Part shown: positions 1 to 7,740 of the stretch, one piece after another
How the letters are laid out: each line of letters opens with the position of its first letter
Position numbering within the stretch: the stretch's first letter is position 1
Source of the DNA: a virus
Lineage: Duplodnaviria; Heunggongvirae; Uroviricota; Caudoviricetes
Length of the DNA: 12,161 bases
Virus record (IMG/VR): IMGVR_UViG_2675903313_000008
Direction: 5' to 3' (one strand)
Notes under the pieces: model-generated
What the model saw: the letters and a program-made list of their open reading frames with translations, nothing else
Databases searched by the model: none
What the model was told of the DNA's origin: nothing
Program-made: the position numbers and the translations under genes

Positions 1-693
1 CTGCTGACCGCCAAACTGCTCCGCATCCACCTGCAGCCCCACAATCGCCGTGTTCGGGTAGCACTGTTTCACATCGATGATTTCGGTGTATGACGACCAG
101 AGCGTCTTATTCTGCAGCTGGTCCGGGGTGCTGTCCGCTGTCTCCCGGACCATCCGGATGTTAAAGGGCCGCTCAGGCAGATTCTCCAGAATCACCGACG
201 CCAGGTACTGTGAGGTGGTCTTGCCGTTAATGGTGACATCCTTTTCCGTCACCCAGTTACCGTTACGCTGCAACTGAATCAGCAGTCGGACAGAAGAGGG
301 ATTACGGTCGCCCTTTGAGGTGGTCTCCAACAGTGACTGCACCCCGAAGGTGACCCGCAGGCGGTCAATGTTCGCGGATGTAATGGTGCGCGTTACCGGC
401 TTTGCCTTCGTCACTTCCACGCCCAGTGCGGTTTCCGCCCCGGAGGACTCAAAGCCTTCAGGTGGTGTCTGCTCCTGCTCCCCGGCGCGCCAGACCGCGG
501 TCACACCATGTATCACAGGATTACCGTCCGTGTCCGTCAGCGGGGTTTTGTTCACCAGGATACTCTGCAGCCCCTTCACCGGACCTTCAATCGGCCCTTC
601 ACCAATGGCATCAATCACGCTCATCATCTGCGTGGACTTAAGATTGTCCTTTACCTCAACCGGCGTGTGCGCCCTGCCGCCACCTTTACCCAT
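1..693 (-). CDS. J: Tail tip / host specificity protein J, N-terminal 231 codons only; the rest lies beyond the window start
   Basis: Manual reverse translation from ATG (693-691) gives [38 protein letters not shown]..., which matches my recollection of the lambda gpJ N-terminus ([38 protein letters not shown]). An AGAGGA Shine-Dalgarno sits about 6 nt upstream on the minus strand. The frame stays open to position 1. Confidence 0.85.
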   Translation of the reverse strand, partial: MGKGGGRAHTPVEVKDNLKSTQMMSVIDAIGEGPIEGPVKGLQSILVNKTPLTDTDGNPVIHGVTAVWRAGEQEQTPPEGFESSGAETALGVEVTKAKPVTRTITSANIDRLRVTFGVQSLLETTSKGDRNPSSVRLLIQLQRNGNWVTEKDVTINGKTTSQYLASVILENLPERPFNIRMVRETADSTPDQLQNKTLWSSYTEIIDVKQCYPNTAIVGLQVDAEQFGGQQ

Positions 694-826
694 AATGTTC
701 CTCTCAATTGGTATTATTAATCGCAGTGATAGGATATTGCACAGCTATTGCGCGATATCATCAGAACGCTGTTTGTTACCCTGTAACCAGCAAGCTCAGT
801 CTGTTAACGGAATTAATGAGGGTTTT

Positions 827-1354
827 ATGAAATGTAAAATCATTGCTGCCATTGCCATGCTGACAGCAGCATCATGCGGATACGCAGCAGAACAGGAAGT
901 CCCAATGAACCTTGTCAGTGCTGACGGAAAAGAAGTCAGCATTGGAAAAATAACCATTCAGGAGACCCCCTACGGTCTGCTGTTCACACCAGCCCTTCAC
1001 TCTCTGTCTGAAGGCATTCATGGTTTTCATGTGCACGAAAAAGGAAATTGCGCCCCGGCACTGAAAGACGGAAAACCGGTCGCAGCATTATCGGCTGGCG
1101 GTCACTTTGACCCGAAAAACACCGGCAAACATCTTGGCCCCTGGTCTCCGGATGGACACCTGGGCGACCTCCCTGCGCTGTTCGTGACGCATGACGGAAA
1201 AGCGAACTACCCGGTCCTGGCCCCGAGACTGAACTCATTAAAAGAGATTAAAGGGCGTTCTCTCATGCTTCATGCTGGCGGTGATAACCATCATGACCAT
1301 CCGGAGCCCCTGGGCGGTGGTGGTGCGAGAATGGCCTGCGGCATCATTCAATAA
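827..1354 (+). CDS. sodC: Periplasmic Cu,Zn superoxide dismutase (SodC family, phage-borne SodCI-like), 175 aa with N-terminal signal peptide
   Basis: The in-frame ATG at 827 is preceded by GAGGG 6 nt upstream. The translation [24 protein letters not shown]... carries the SodC hallmarks [30 protein letters not shown] and [12 protein letters not shown] (metal-binding His/Asp and the disulfide Cys pair). The ORF-track entry 320..1354 is the same frame extended upstream through the antisense of J. Confidence 0.9.
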   Translation: MKCKIIAAIAMLTAASCGYAAEQEVPMNLVSADGKEVSIGKITIQETPYGLLFTPALHSLSEGIHGFHVHEKGNCAPALKDGKPVAALSAGGHFDPKNTGKHLGPWSPDGHLGDLPALFVTHDGKANYPVLAPRLNSLKEIKGRSLMLHAGGDNHHDHPEPLGGGGARMACGIIQ

Positions 1355-1361
1355 TCAGTCA

Positions 1362-1390
1362 GGTAAGGGGCGGGCCCCTTACCTTTATTC
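1362..1390 (+). terminator. Intrinsic terminator downstream of sodC
   Basis: GGTAAGGGG (1362-1370) pairs with CCCCTTACC (1375-1383) around a 4-nt loop, followed by TTTATT. It starts 8 nt after the sodC stop. Confidence 0.6.
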
Positions 1391-1502
1391 CTCAGGACGA
1401 TAAATCCTTTCTCCCTGAAAAGAACGGCACATCCTCCCTCTCTGAGTTAATGTTTTTGTCGTGACATAAGAATAATTCCTTACACTCAATCTTCGTAACT
1501 CT

Positions 1503-1540
1503 CCCGCAGTTCCTGTCCGTGAGCACTGCGGGATTTTTTA
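1503..1540 (+). terminator. Second plus-strand intrinsic terminator, abutting the 3' end of I
   Basis: CCCGCAGT (1503-1510) pairs with ACTGCGGG (1525-1532) around a 14-nt loop, followed by ATTTTTTATGTTTT. The U-tract is only on the plus strand, so it is oriented for plus-strand transcripts. Confidence 0.5.
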
Positions 1541-1544
1541 TGTT

Positions 1545-2225
1545 TTATGCCTGCCGCCCGATAACCACCACCTTCCCGTCACCGCCTTCATCACGGGTAC
1601 TGATGTCCTGGGAGATTCGCCGGGAGCCAACCAGCATTTCACCGTAAGGCACCGGCATCGGGTTCCCCTGGGCAATCATGTTATCCAGCGAGGAAAAGTA
1701 CGTGTTCTGTCTGCCGTTATCCGTTGCGCGGTAATCCGGTGTTTTTGCCTTCGGGGCCAGCATCTGGGCCACACCGCCCAGAATCATGCTGGCTCCAAGT
1801 GAAAACAGCATCGTGGTGGCAGAAAAACCACCGGCTGCCAGGGCTGAACCCCATAACGCCATTGATGCCCCGGCAGTGAAGAAAGAGCCCACGATGGCTG
1901 CCGCCCCCAGCACAATCTGCAGTCCACCCTTTCCGGCCCCGGCCAGTCGCGGCACAATGTGGATGACCGTTCCCTCACCCAGCTGTTCGTGAAGACGGGC
2001 GTACACCGCCTCCGGTGCCGTGTCCTCACCGCGAATACGTATCTGGTACCAGCCTTCGTTCATCTGACGGCGGAATCCCGGCATCTGCATCGACAGGGCA
2101 CGAATGGCTTCCGCTGCCGTGTTCACATACAGGCTGAGGCGGCGGCCAAATCGTTGTAAATCCCCGTGAAGGCAGATACGTGCCAGTGGCGGTGACGCCA
2201 GGCTGAATGCGTTCGTCGTTGCCAT
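1545..2225 (-). CDS. I: Tail tip assembly protein I (226 aa)
   Basis: ORF translation MATTNAFSLASPPLARICLHGDLQRFGRR...GASMILGGVAQMLAPKAKTP...NTYFSSLDNM matches my recollection of lambda gpI. ATG at 2225-2223, TAA stop at 1547-1545. Confidence 0.85.
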   Translation of the reverse strand: MATTNAFSLASPPLARICLHGDLQRFGRRLSLYVNTAAEAIRALSMQMPGFRRQMNEGWYQIRIRGEDTAPEAVYARLHEQLGEGTVIHIVPRLAGAGKGGLQIVLGAAAIVGSFFTAGASMALWGSALAAGGFSATTMLFSLGASMILGGVAQMLAPKAKTPDYRATDNGRQNTYFSSLDNMIAQGNPMPVPYGEMLVGSRRISQDISTRDEGGDGKVVVIGRQA

Positions 2226-2866
2226 TTTTCGGAATACCTCTCCCGTTTACTCAGTTGTTCAGGCAGATGGTGAAGCAGCTCACCGTTGCCGCAGTAAATG
2301 GCGGCATGATTGGCCACCGATGCGCCAAAGCAGCACAGCAGGATATCGCCCGCCTGTGCAGAGGACAGGGGCACCCGGTAAAAGCCGGTGACCGCCATAT
2401 TGTCCAGGTAAAGGTTCTGACCGTTACGCCACCAGTCATCCTCACGCTCAAAATCCGGCATATCAATTCCCGCCAGATGGTATGCATCCCGGAACAGCGT
2501 GTAACAGTCCGTCACCCCGTGCTCAAAGCGCCGTCCTGTCAGATGTGGCACACAGCGGAATTTATGAATTTCCCCCCGGCAGACCAGCCACCAGGACAGT
2601 GCACTTTTTATCTGCAGCCGCCGGTCGGCCTCGCTCAGCCAGGGCAGACCACCGGGGTGGCTGTGGACCAGCGCCACAATCTCCCCCTGCATCTCTGCCC
2701 GCAGCCAGTCTTCCGGTGCAATACGAAAATACGCCTCCGGCTCTGCAGAGATATTCACACAAGGGATATACCGCTCCCCCTCCGGCGTTCTCACCACGAA
2801 GCCGCACGACTCCGCAGGCACACACCGCCGGGCATGCGCCAGAATCGCTGATTCAGTCTGTGTCAT
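2123..2866 (-). CDS. K: Tail tip assembly protein K, full length (247 aa); JAMM/MPN-like N-terminal half plus NlpC/P60-like C-terminal half
   Basis: From ATG at 2866-2864 the translation is MTQTESAILAHARRC...VHSHPGGLPWLSEADRR (JAMM-type HxH...S..D motif) ...DCYTLFRDAYHLAG...HAAIY (Cys/His of a C40-type peptidase). The track ORF 2123..3127 is the same frame with an 87-codon upstream extension that overlaps L. Confidence 0.85.
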   Translation of the reverse strand: MTQTESAILAHARRCVPAESCGFVVRTPEGERYIPCVNISAEPEAYFRIAPEDWLRAEMQGEIVALVHSHPGGLPWLSEADRRLQIKSALSWWLVCRGEIHKFRCVPHLTGRRFEHGVTDCYTLFRDAYHLAGIDMPDFEREDDWWRNGQNLYLDNMAVTGFYRVPLSSAQAGDILLCCFGASVANHAAIYCGNGELLHHLPEQLSKRERYSEKWQRRTHSAWRHRHWHVSAFTGIYNDLAAASACM

Positions 2867-2876
2867 AAACCGGGAT

Positions 2877-3575
2877 TTACTGCGAAAGTTTGTTAATGGA
2901 AAGGAAACCGCCAAAATTGCCGACATTCCTGCGCAGTTCACACCCGCGCATGCACTTGCTGCATCTGTCCTTACGGATATCCGTGGTGGGTTTATCGAAC
3001 TCATCCGCCACAGCCCCGCCCGTGTAACCACACTCATCAGAGCGGTAGGTCCACATACAGGTGTTCGCCAGCATGATGCGACCGGGAAACAGCGCCCCGT
3101 CCGTCTCGGTCGGTGTGGCCAGCACAAACGAGGCCGTCATGGCCGTCAGCTCTGATAACTGCTCCACCACCCAGCGGTCGCTCAGCTCCTGCTCCGGGTC
3201 CGCTTCCGGATTGCCCGCCACAAAATTCACCGCATCCAGAAAACGGGCATACACCCGGCGGCGGACCACCGTGGCCCCCACCAGGCTCTGCAAATCCTCC
3301 GCCATTCCGGTGACCAGACCAAACAGATTGGACACCGTCAGCGACGGGCGGGCACTGCTGCCCTTCCCGCTCATCTCAAAACCGCTGCCGTCAATCGGGT
3401 ATGCCTGATATTGCCGCCCCTGCCAGGTGACCGGCTCCCCTTTTTCATTCAGCTCATTACAGAAAAAATACCGCTCACCACCCTGTACCGTCAGGTCGAT
3501 TTCCCAGAGTACCACCCGCGGTGACTGCTCTGACTTAACCGACTCGTTCAGGCTTTCTTCGTGAATATCCTGCAT
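2877..3575 (-). CDS. L: Minor tail protein L, allele 1 (232 aa)
   Basis: MQDIHEESLNESVKSEQSPRVVLWEIDLT...NVGNFGGFLSINKLSQ matches my recollection of lambda gpL. ATG at 3575 overlaps the stop of the upstream M-like gene; TAA stop at 2879-2877. The C-terminus is Cys-rich. Confidence 0.85.
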   Translation of the reverse strand: MQDIHEESLNESVKSEQSPRVVLWEIDLTVQGGERYFFCNELNEKGEPVTWQGRQYQAYPIDGSGFEMSGKGSSARPSLTVSNLFGLVTGMAEDLQSLVGATVVRRRVYARFLDAVNFVAGNPEADPEQELSDRWVVEQLSELTAMTASFVLATPTETDGALFPGRIMLANTCMWTYRSDECGYTGGAVADEFDKPTTDIRKDRCSKCMRGCELRRNVGNFGGFLSINKLSQ

Positions 3576-3916
3576 CAGTTCACCACCTGCTCTATCGTGC
3601 AACTGAAATCACTGTACCGGGCATTATCCGTGACACTCCACTCACGGCACACAACCCTCACCGTCCGGTTATGTTTCGGCGGTCGCCACAAAAAGGCACG
3701 GTAACCACCATGCCACGATAAAAACTCTTCCAGCCAGCGCCGGGTTGACTCATCCGTCACCCGGAACACCGCCTGAAACGTCTTCAGTTGAGGATTCAGT
3801 CCTGTGGGGCGACGCTGTTCATAACCGTCACCAAACCGCACCCTCACCACCGACGGCTTCTCACTCACCTGCATCCCTTCACGCGGGACCAGATGCAGCG
3901 TTTTTATCTCAGCCAC
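3575..3916 (-). CDS. Minor tail protein M, divergent variant (113 aa, apparent GTG start), copy 1
   Basis: The translation ...SVVRVRFGDGYEQR...GGYRAFLWRPP...EQVVN aligns with the lambda gpM core (RFGDGYSQR...GGWKSFLWTPP...EQVVN) but is clearly diverged. Its stop overlaps the L start. Confidence 0.7.
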   Translation of the reverse strand: MAEIKTLHLVPREGMQVSEKPSVVRVRFGDGYEQRRPTGLNPQLKTFQAVFRVTDESTRRWLEEFLSWHGGYRAFLWRPPKHNRTVRVVCREWSVTDNARYSDFSCTIEQVVN

Positions 3917-4003
3917 TCAGCATTCCTCCGTCACGTCGCATGGACAGCATCACCGCCTGCACCCGCTGGTCAATCAGCTGCACAAGACTGCCTGCCGCCT
4001 CCG
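3909..4003 (-). CDS. 3' end of a tape-measure (H-like) gene, truncated by the N-run; last ~30 codons only
   Basis: The sequence is identical to 5425-5519, where the same frame is the C-terminus (...RRDGGMLSG*) of a long H-like ORF. It stops at 3909-3911 and is cut off at 4003 by the N-run. Confidence 0.5.
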
Positions 4004-4014
4004 NNNNNNNNNNN
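4004..4014. other. Run of 11 N: assembly/scaffold gap
   Basis: Literal n characters in the sequence. The left flank is H-type sequence and the right flank restarts inside K at ACAGCGTGTAACAG. Confidence 0.95.
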
Positions 4015-4387
4015 ACAGCGTGTAACAGTCCGTCACCCCGTGCTCAAAGCGCCGTCCTGTCAGATGTGGCACACAGCGGAATTTATGAATTTCCCCCCGG
4101 CAGACCAGCCACCAGGACAGTGCACTTTTTATCTGCAGCCGCCGGTCGGCCTCGCTCAGCCAGGGCAGACCACCGGGGTGGCTGTGGACCAGCGCCACAA
4201 TCTCCCCCTGCATCTCTGCCCGCAGCCAGTCTTCCGGTGCAATACGAAAATACGCCTCCGGCTCTGCAGAGATATTCACACAAGGGATATACCGCTCCCC
4301 CTCCGGCGTTCTCACCACGAAGCCGCACGACTCCGCAGGCACACACCGCCGGGCATGCGCCAGAATCGCTGATTCTGTCTGTGTCAT
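4015..4387 (-). CDS. K: Tail assembly protein K, 5' fragment (first ~124 codons), truncated at the gap; copy 2
   Basis: ATG at 4387-4385. The translation MTQTESAIL...HGVTDCYTL is identical to the copy-1 K N-terminus and the reading frame runs into the Ns. Confidence 0.7.
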
Positions 4388-4392
4388 TGGAT

Positions 4393-5091
4393 TTACTGCG
4401 AAAGTTTATTAATGGAAAGGAAACCGCCAAAATTAGCCACCATGCCGCGCATCTCACACCCGCGCATGCACTTGCTGCATCTGTCCTTACGGATATCCGT
4501 GGTGGGGGTGTCGAACTCATCCGCCACCGCAGGACCGTTATACCCGCATTCATCTCCCCGGTAATCCCACATACAGGTGTTCGCCAGCATGATGCGACCA
4601 GGAAACAGCGCTCCGTCCGTCTCCGTCGGTGTTGCCAGCACAAACAAGGCTGTCATGGCCGTCAGCTCTGACATCTGCTCCACCACCCAGCGGTCGCTCA
4701 GCTCCTGCTCCGGGTCCGCTTCCGGATTGCCCGCCACAAAATTCACCGCATCCAGAAAACGGGCATACACCCGGCGGCGGACCACCGTGGCCCCCACCAG
4801 GCTCTGCAAATCCTCCGCCATTCCGGTGACCAGACCAAACAGATTGGACACCGTCAGCGACGGGCGGGCACTGCTGCCCTTCCCGCTCATCTCAAAACCG
4901 CTGCCGTCAATCGGGTATGCCTGATATTGCCGCCCCTGCCAGGTGACCGGCTCCCCTTTTTCATTCAGCTCATTACAGAAAAAATACCGCTCACCACCCT
5001 GTACCGTCAGGTCGATTTCCCAGAGTACCACCCGCGGTGACTGCTCTGACTTAACCGACTCGTTCAGGCTTTCTTCGTGAATATCCTGCAT
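4393..5091 (-). CDS. L: Minor tail protein L, allele 2 (232 aa)
   Basis: Same architecture as allele 1. It differs in the C-terminal Cys-containing region (CMWDYRGDECGYNGPAVADEFDTPTT...CEMRGMVANFGG versus CMWTYRSDECGYTGGAVADEFDKPTT...CELRRNVGNFGG). Confidence 0.8.
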   Translation of the reverse strand: MQDIHEESLNESVKSEQSPRVVLWEIDLTVQGGERYFFCNELNEKGEPVTWQGRQYQAYPIDGSGFEMSGKGSSARPSLTVSNLFGLVTGMAEDLQSLVGATVVRRRVYARFLDAVNFVAGNPEADPEQELSDRWVVEQMSELTAMTALFVLATPTETDGALFPGRIMLANTCMWDYRGDECGYNGPAVADEFDTPTTDIRKDRCSKCMRGCEMRGMVANFGGFLSINKLSQ

Positions 5092-5432
5092 CAGTTCACC
5101 ACCTGCTCTATCGTGCAACTGAAATCACTGTACCGGGCATTATCCGTGACACTCCACTCACGGCACACAACCCTCACCGTCCGGTTATGTTTCGGCGGTC
5201 GCCACAAAAAGGCACGGTAACCACCATGCCACGATAAAAACTCTTCCAGCCAGCGCCGGGTTGACTCATCCGTCACCCGGAACACCGCCTGAAACGTCTT
5301 CAGTTGAGGATTCAGTCCTGTGGGGCGACGCTGTTCATAACCGTCACCAAACCGCACCCTCACCACCGACGGCTTCTCACTCACCTGCATCCCTTCACGC
5401 GGGACCAGATGCAGCGTTTTTATCTCAGCCAC
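5091..5432 (-). CDS. Minor tail protein M, divergent variant, copy 2 (113 aa)
   Basis: Protein identical to the 3575..3916 product. Confidence 0.7.
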   Translation of the reverse strand: MAEIKTLHLVPREGMQVSEKPSVVRVRFGDGYEQRRPTGLNPQLKTFQAVFRVTDESTRRWLEEFLSWHGGYRAFLWRPPKHNRTVRVVCREWSVTDNARYSDFSCTIEQVVN

Positions 5433-6670
5433 TCAGCATTCCTCCGTCACGTCGCATGGACAGCATCACCGCCTGCACCCGCTGGTCAATCAGCTGCACA
5501 AGACTGCCTGCCGCCTCCGGCCCTATCTGGCCATTAGTCCCGTCATTCTGAATGGCGATGTGGTAGACCGGGGAATACACCAGACCCGCACTACCGTTCA
5601 TACTACCCACGGCGCGTACGCCCAGCGAGCCATCCGCCGCCCGGGTCAGGGGCATAATGGCTTCAGGTCCGGCTTCCCCCATCAGCCCGGCCCCTTTTGC
5701 AAAGGCAAAGTACGTGGGCGTGTCCACAATGCTGTTGCTGTACGCGCTCAGGTTTGCCGAGGTATACACGCCGCCTTTTGCATTGACCACCGCACCGCCC
5801 AGCCAGTCACCAATGCTGCCAAGAAATCCTCCCGCACCGGACATACCGTTTGCCGCCGTCTTGATCCCGTTGACAATCGCGGCATTCATAAGGACTTTTG
5901 AGATTTCCTGCAGTACGGATGAGGCCCAGTTGCGCCATTCCACTTTGTTTCCGTTCAGCATCTCCGTGATGTTATTCACCAGTCCTGAAATCCCCTCAGT
6001 CGCCAGCTGTGCTGCCTGAGAGGCGTAATCGGACGCATTATCCACCCAGTTACTGAGCCCCTCCTGCAAGCCTTTCTGCCAGTCCGCACGCTGCGCATCC
6101 GATTCGGCATAAAAAGTTTCCTGGTCTTTAAGGCGTTCACTCAGATACTGCGCGTTCTGTGCCAGAGCCTGTCTGTAAAAATCCTCACTGATATCCCCGG
6201 TCTGATACTGAGACTGAAGGTCCGCATCCTTCTGGCGGAAGCTGTCGCGGATCTGCTGCAACTCCCGCATGCGTTCCCTGGCTCGTTCCCCCTGCCCGTA
6301 CCCCAGCAGTTCAGATTCATTTGATGCACGCGCAGCCACATTATCATTCTTCAGGGTCTCTTCCCGGTACCGCAACTGTTCCCGGATTTTTTGCTGGTCA
6401 ATCAGGGCCGCGTTACGCAGCAGTTCCTGCTTCTGCATCTCCGTCAGGGTTTTCAGTTCGCCCTGCGCAGTCTGGTACTTCAGCTTCGCCAGCTCTGTAT
6501 TCTGACCCGCCAGTGCCAGTTGCTCTTTCTGCTGCTTCAGTAGCCGGGAAAAACTGTCTTCCGCTTTTTCCGTCTCTGATTTTCCACCCCGGGATTTAGG
6601 TTTGTTCGCCTCGTTATTACGCCAGGCTTCCAGAGCATTACTGATATAACGCTGTCTCGCCTCCTGATAC
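5425..6670 (-). CDS. Tape measure protein, H-like variant, C-terminal ~415 codons; 5' end cut off at the single N
   Basis: The translation is rich in coiled-coil Q/E/K/R/L repeats (LKQQKEQLALAGQNTELAKLKYQ...) and ends with a Gly-rich tail ...HIAIQNDGTNGQIGPEA...MRRDGGMLSG, parallel to the lambda-like H C-terminus in this window (...NNHVVIQNDGTNGQAGPQ...MRDGGVFSGGRR). The track ORF 5425..7044 joins it through the N to the K fragment and is not a real protein. Confidence 0.7.
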
Positions 6671-6671
6671 N
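6671..6671. other. Single N marking a second join between unrelated sequences
   Basis: Left of it is the interior of the H-like gene; right of it the sequence restarts at exactly the same K-internal position (ACAGCGTGTAACAG) as after the first N-run. Confidence 0.85.
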
Positions 6672-7044
6672 ACAGCGTGTAACAGTCCGTCACCCCGTGC
6701 TCAAAGCGCCGTCCTGTCAGATGTGGCACACAGCGGAATTTATGAATTTCCCCCCGGCAGACCAGCCACCAGGACAGTGCACTTTTTATCTGCAGCCGCC
6801 GGTCGGCCTCGCTCAGCCAGGGCAGACCACCGGGGTGGCTGTGGACCAGCGCCACAATCTCCCCCTGCATCTCTGCCCGCAGCCAGTCTTCCGGTGCAAT
6901 ACGAAAATACGCCTCCGGCTCTGCAGAGATATTCACACAAGGGATATACCGCTCCCCCTCCGGCGTTCTCACCACGAAGCCGCACGACTCCGCAGGCACA
7001 CACCGCCGGGCATGCGCCAGAATCGCTGATTCTGTCTGTGTCAT
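6672..7044 (-). CDS. K: Tail assembly protein K, 5' fragment (first ~124 codons), copy 3
   Basis: ATG at 7044-7042; same MTQTESAIL...DCYTL translation, truncated at the N. Confidence 0.7.
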
Positions 7045-7740
7045 TGGATTTACTGCGAAAGTTTATTAATGGAAAGGAAACCGCCAAAATTAGCCACCAT
7101 GCCGCGCATCTCACACCCGCGCATGCACTTGCTGCATCTGTCCTTACGGATATCCGTGGTGGGGGTGTCGAACTCATCCGCCACCGCAGGACCGTTATAC
7201 CCGCATTCATCTCCCCGGTAATCCCACATACAGGTGTTCGCCAGCATGATGCGACCAGGAAACAGCGCTCCGTCCGTCTCCGTCGGTGTTGCCAGCACAA
7301 ACAAGGCTGTCATGGCCGTCAGCTCTGACATCTGCTCCACCACCCAGCGGTCGCTCAGCTCCTGCTCCGGGTCCGCTTCCGGATTGCCCGCCACAAAATT
7401 CACCGCATCCAGAAAACGGGCATACACCCGGCGGCGGACCACCGTGGCCCCCACCAGGCTCTGCAGGTCCTCCGCCATTCCGGTGACCAGACCGAACAGA
7501 TTCGACACCGTCAGCGACGGGCGGGCACTGCTGCCCTTCCCGTTCATCTCAAAGCCACTGCCGTCAATCGGGTATGCCTGATATTGCCGCCCCTGCCAGG
7601 TGACCGCCTCCCCTTTTTCATTCAGCTCATTGCAGAAAAAATACCGCTCACCACCCTGTACCGTCAGGTCGATTTCCCAGAGTACCACCCGCGGTGACTG
7701 CTCTGATTTAACCGACTCGTTCAGACTTTCTTCGTGAATA
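6672..7740 (-). repeat. Repeat unit copy 3 (K 5' half + L), diverging toward the lambda-like M
   Basis: 6672 to about 7450 is nearly identical to 4015 to about 4790. Substitutions accumulate toward the 5' end of L, and beyond 7748 the sequence is unrelated to copies 1 and 2. Confidence 0.8.

Larger units (their letters stand above)
2494..4003 (-). repeat. Repeat unit copy 1: K 5' half + L + M-variant + H-variant 3' end
   Basis: Near-identical to 4015-5523 except for a 5-nt indel between K and L and a divergent patch in the L 3' end (roughly 2880-3170). Confidence 0.85.
4015..5523 (-). repeat. Repeat unit copy 2
   Basis: Direct comparison with 2494-4003 and with 6672-7740. Confidence 0.85.

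Noticed and set aside
320-826. Upstream part of the 344-aa plus-strand ORF 320..1354
   Set aside because: It is the antisense of the J N-terminal coding region, kept open by composition. The SodC-homologous protein starts at the ATG at 827, which has a proper Shine-Dalgarno and a signal peptide.
700-826. Sigma70 promoter for sodC
   Set aside because: Hexamers such as TTGCAC (737-742) and TATCAT (756-761) are present but spaced only about 13 nt apart, and no pair with 16-18 nt spacing was convincing by eye. A promoter probably exists here (possibly RpoS-type) but I cannot place it.
2867-3127. 87-codon N-terminal extension of the K ORF (track ORF 2123..3127)
   Set aside because: It overlaps L in another frame and has no similarity to K. 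The K homology starts at MTQTESAIL (ATG at 2866).
3576-3602. Nine extra N-terminal codons on the L ORFs (MHDRAGGEL-, also 5092..5118)
   Set aside because: Lambda gpL begins at MQDI…, and the ATG at 3575 (and 5091) overlaps the M stop in the typical coupled arrangement. The extension lies inside M.
3745-4671. 308-aa plus-strand ORF spanning the N-run (and similar ORFs at 2207..2851, 2482..2868, 6723..7328)
   Set aside because: These are antisense to K, L and M, contain N-derived X residues or low-complexity Pro/Arg/Ala-rich translations, and show no homology signal. They are open frames typical of the reverse strand of GC-rich coding DNA.
5425-7044. 539-aa ORF that fuses a K N-terminus to a tape-measure C-terminus
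   Set aside because: The fusion passes through the N at 6671 and joins two unrelated genes. It is an artefact of the join, not a novel chimeric protein.
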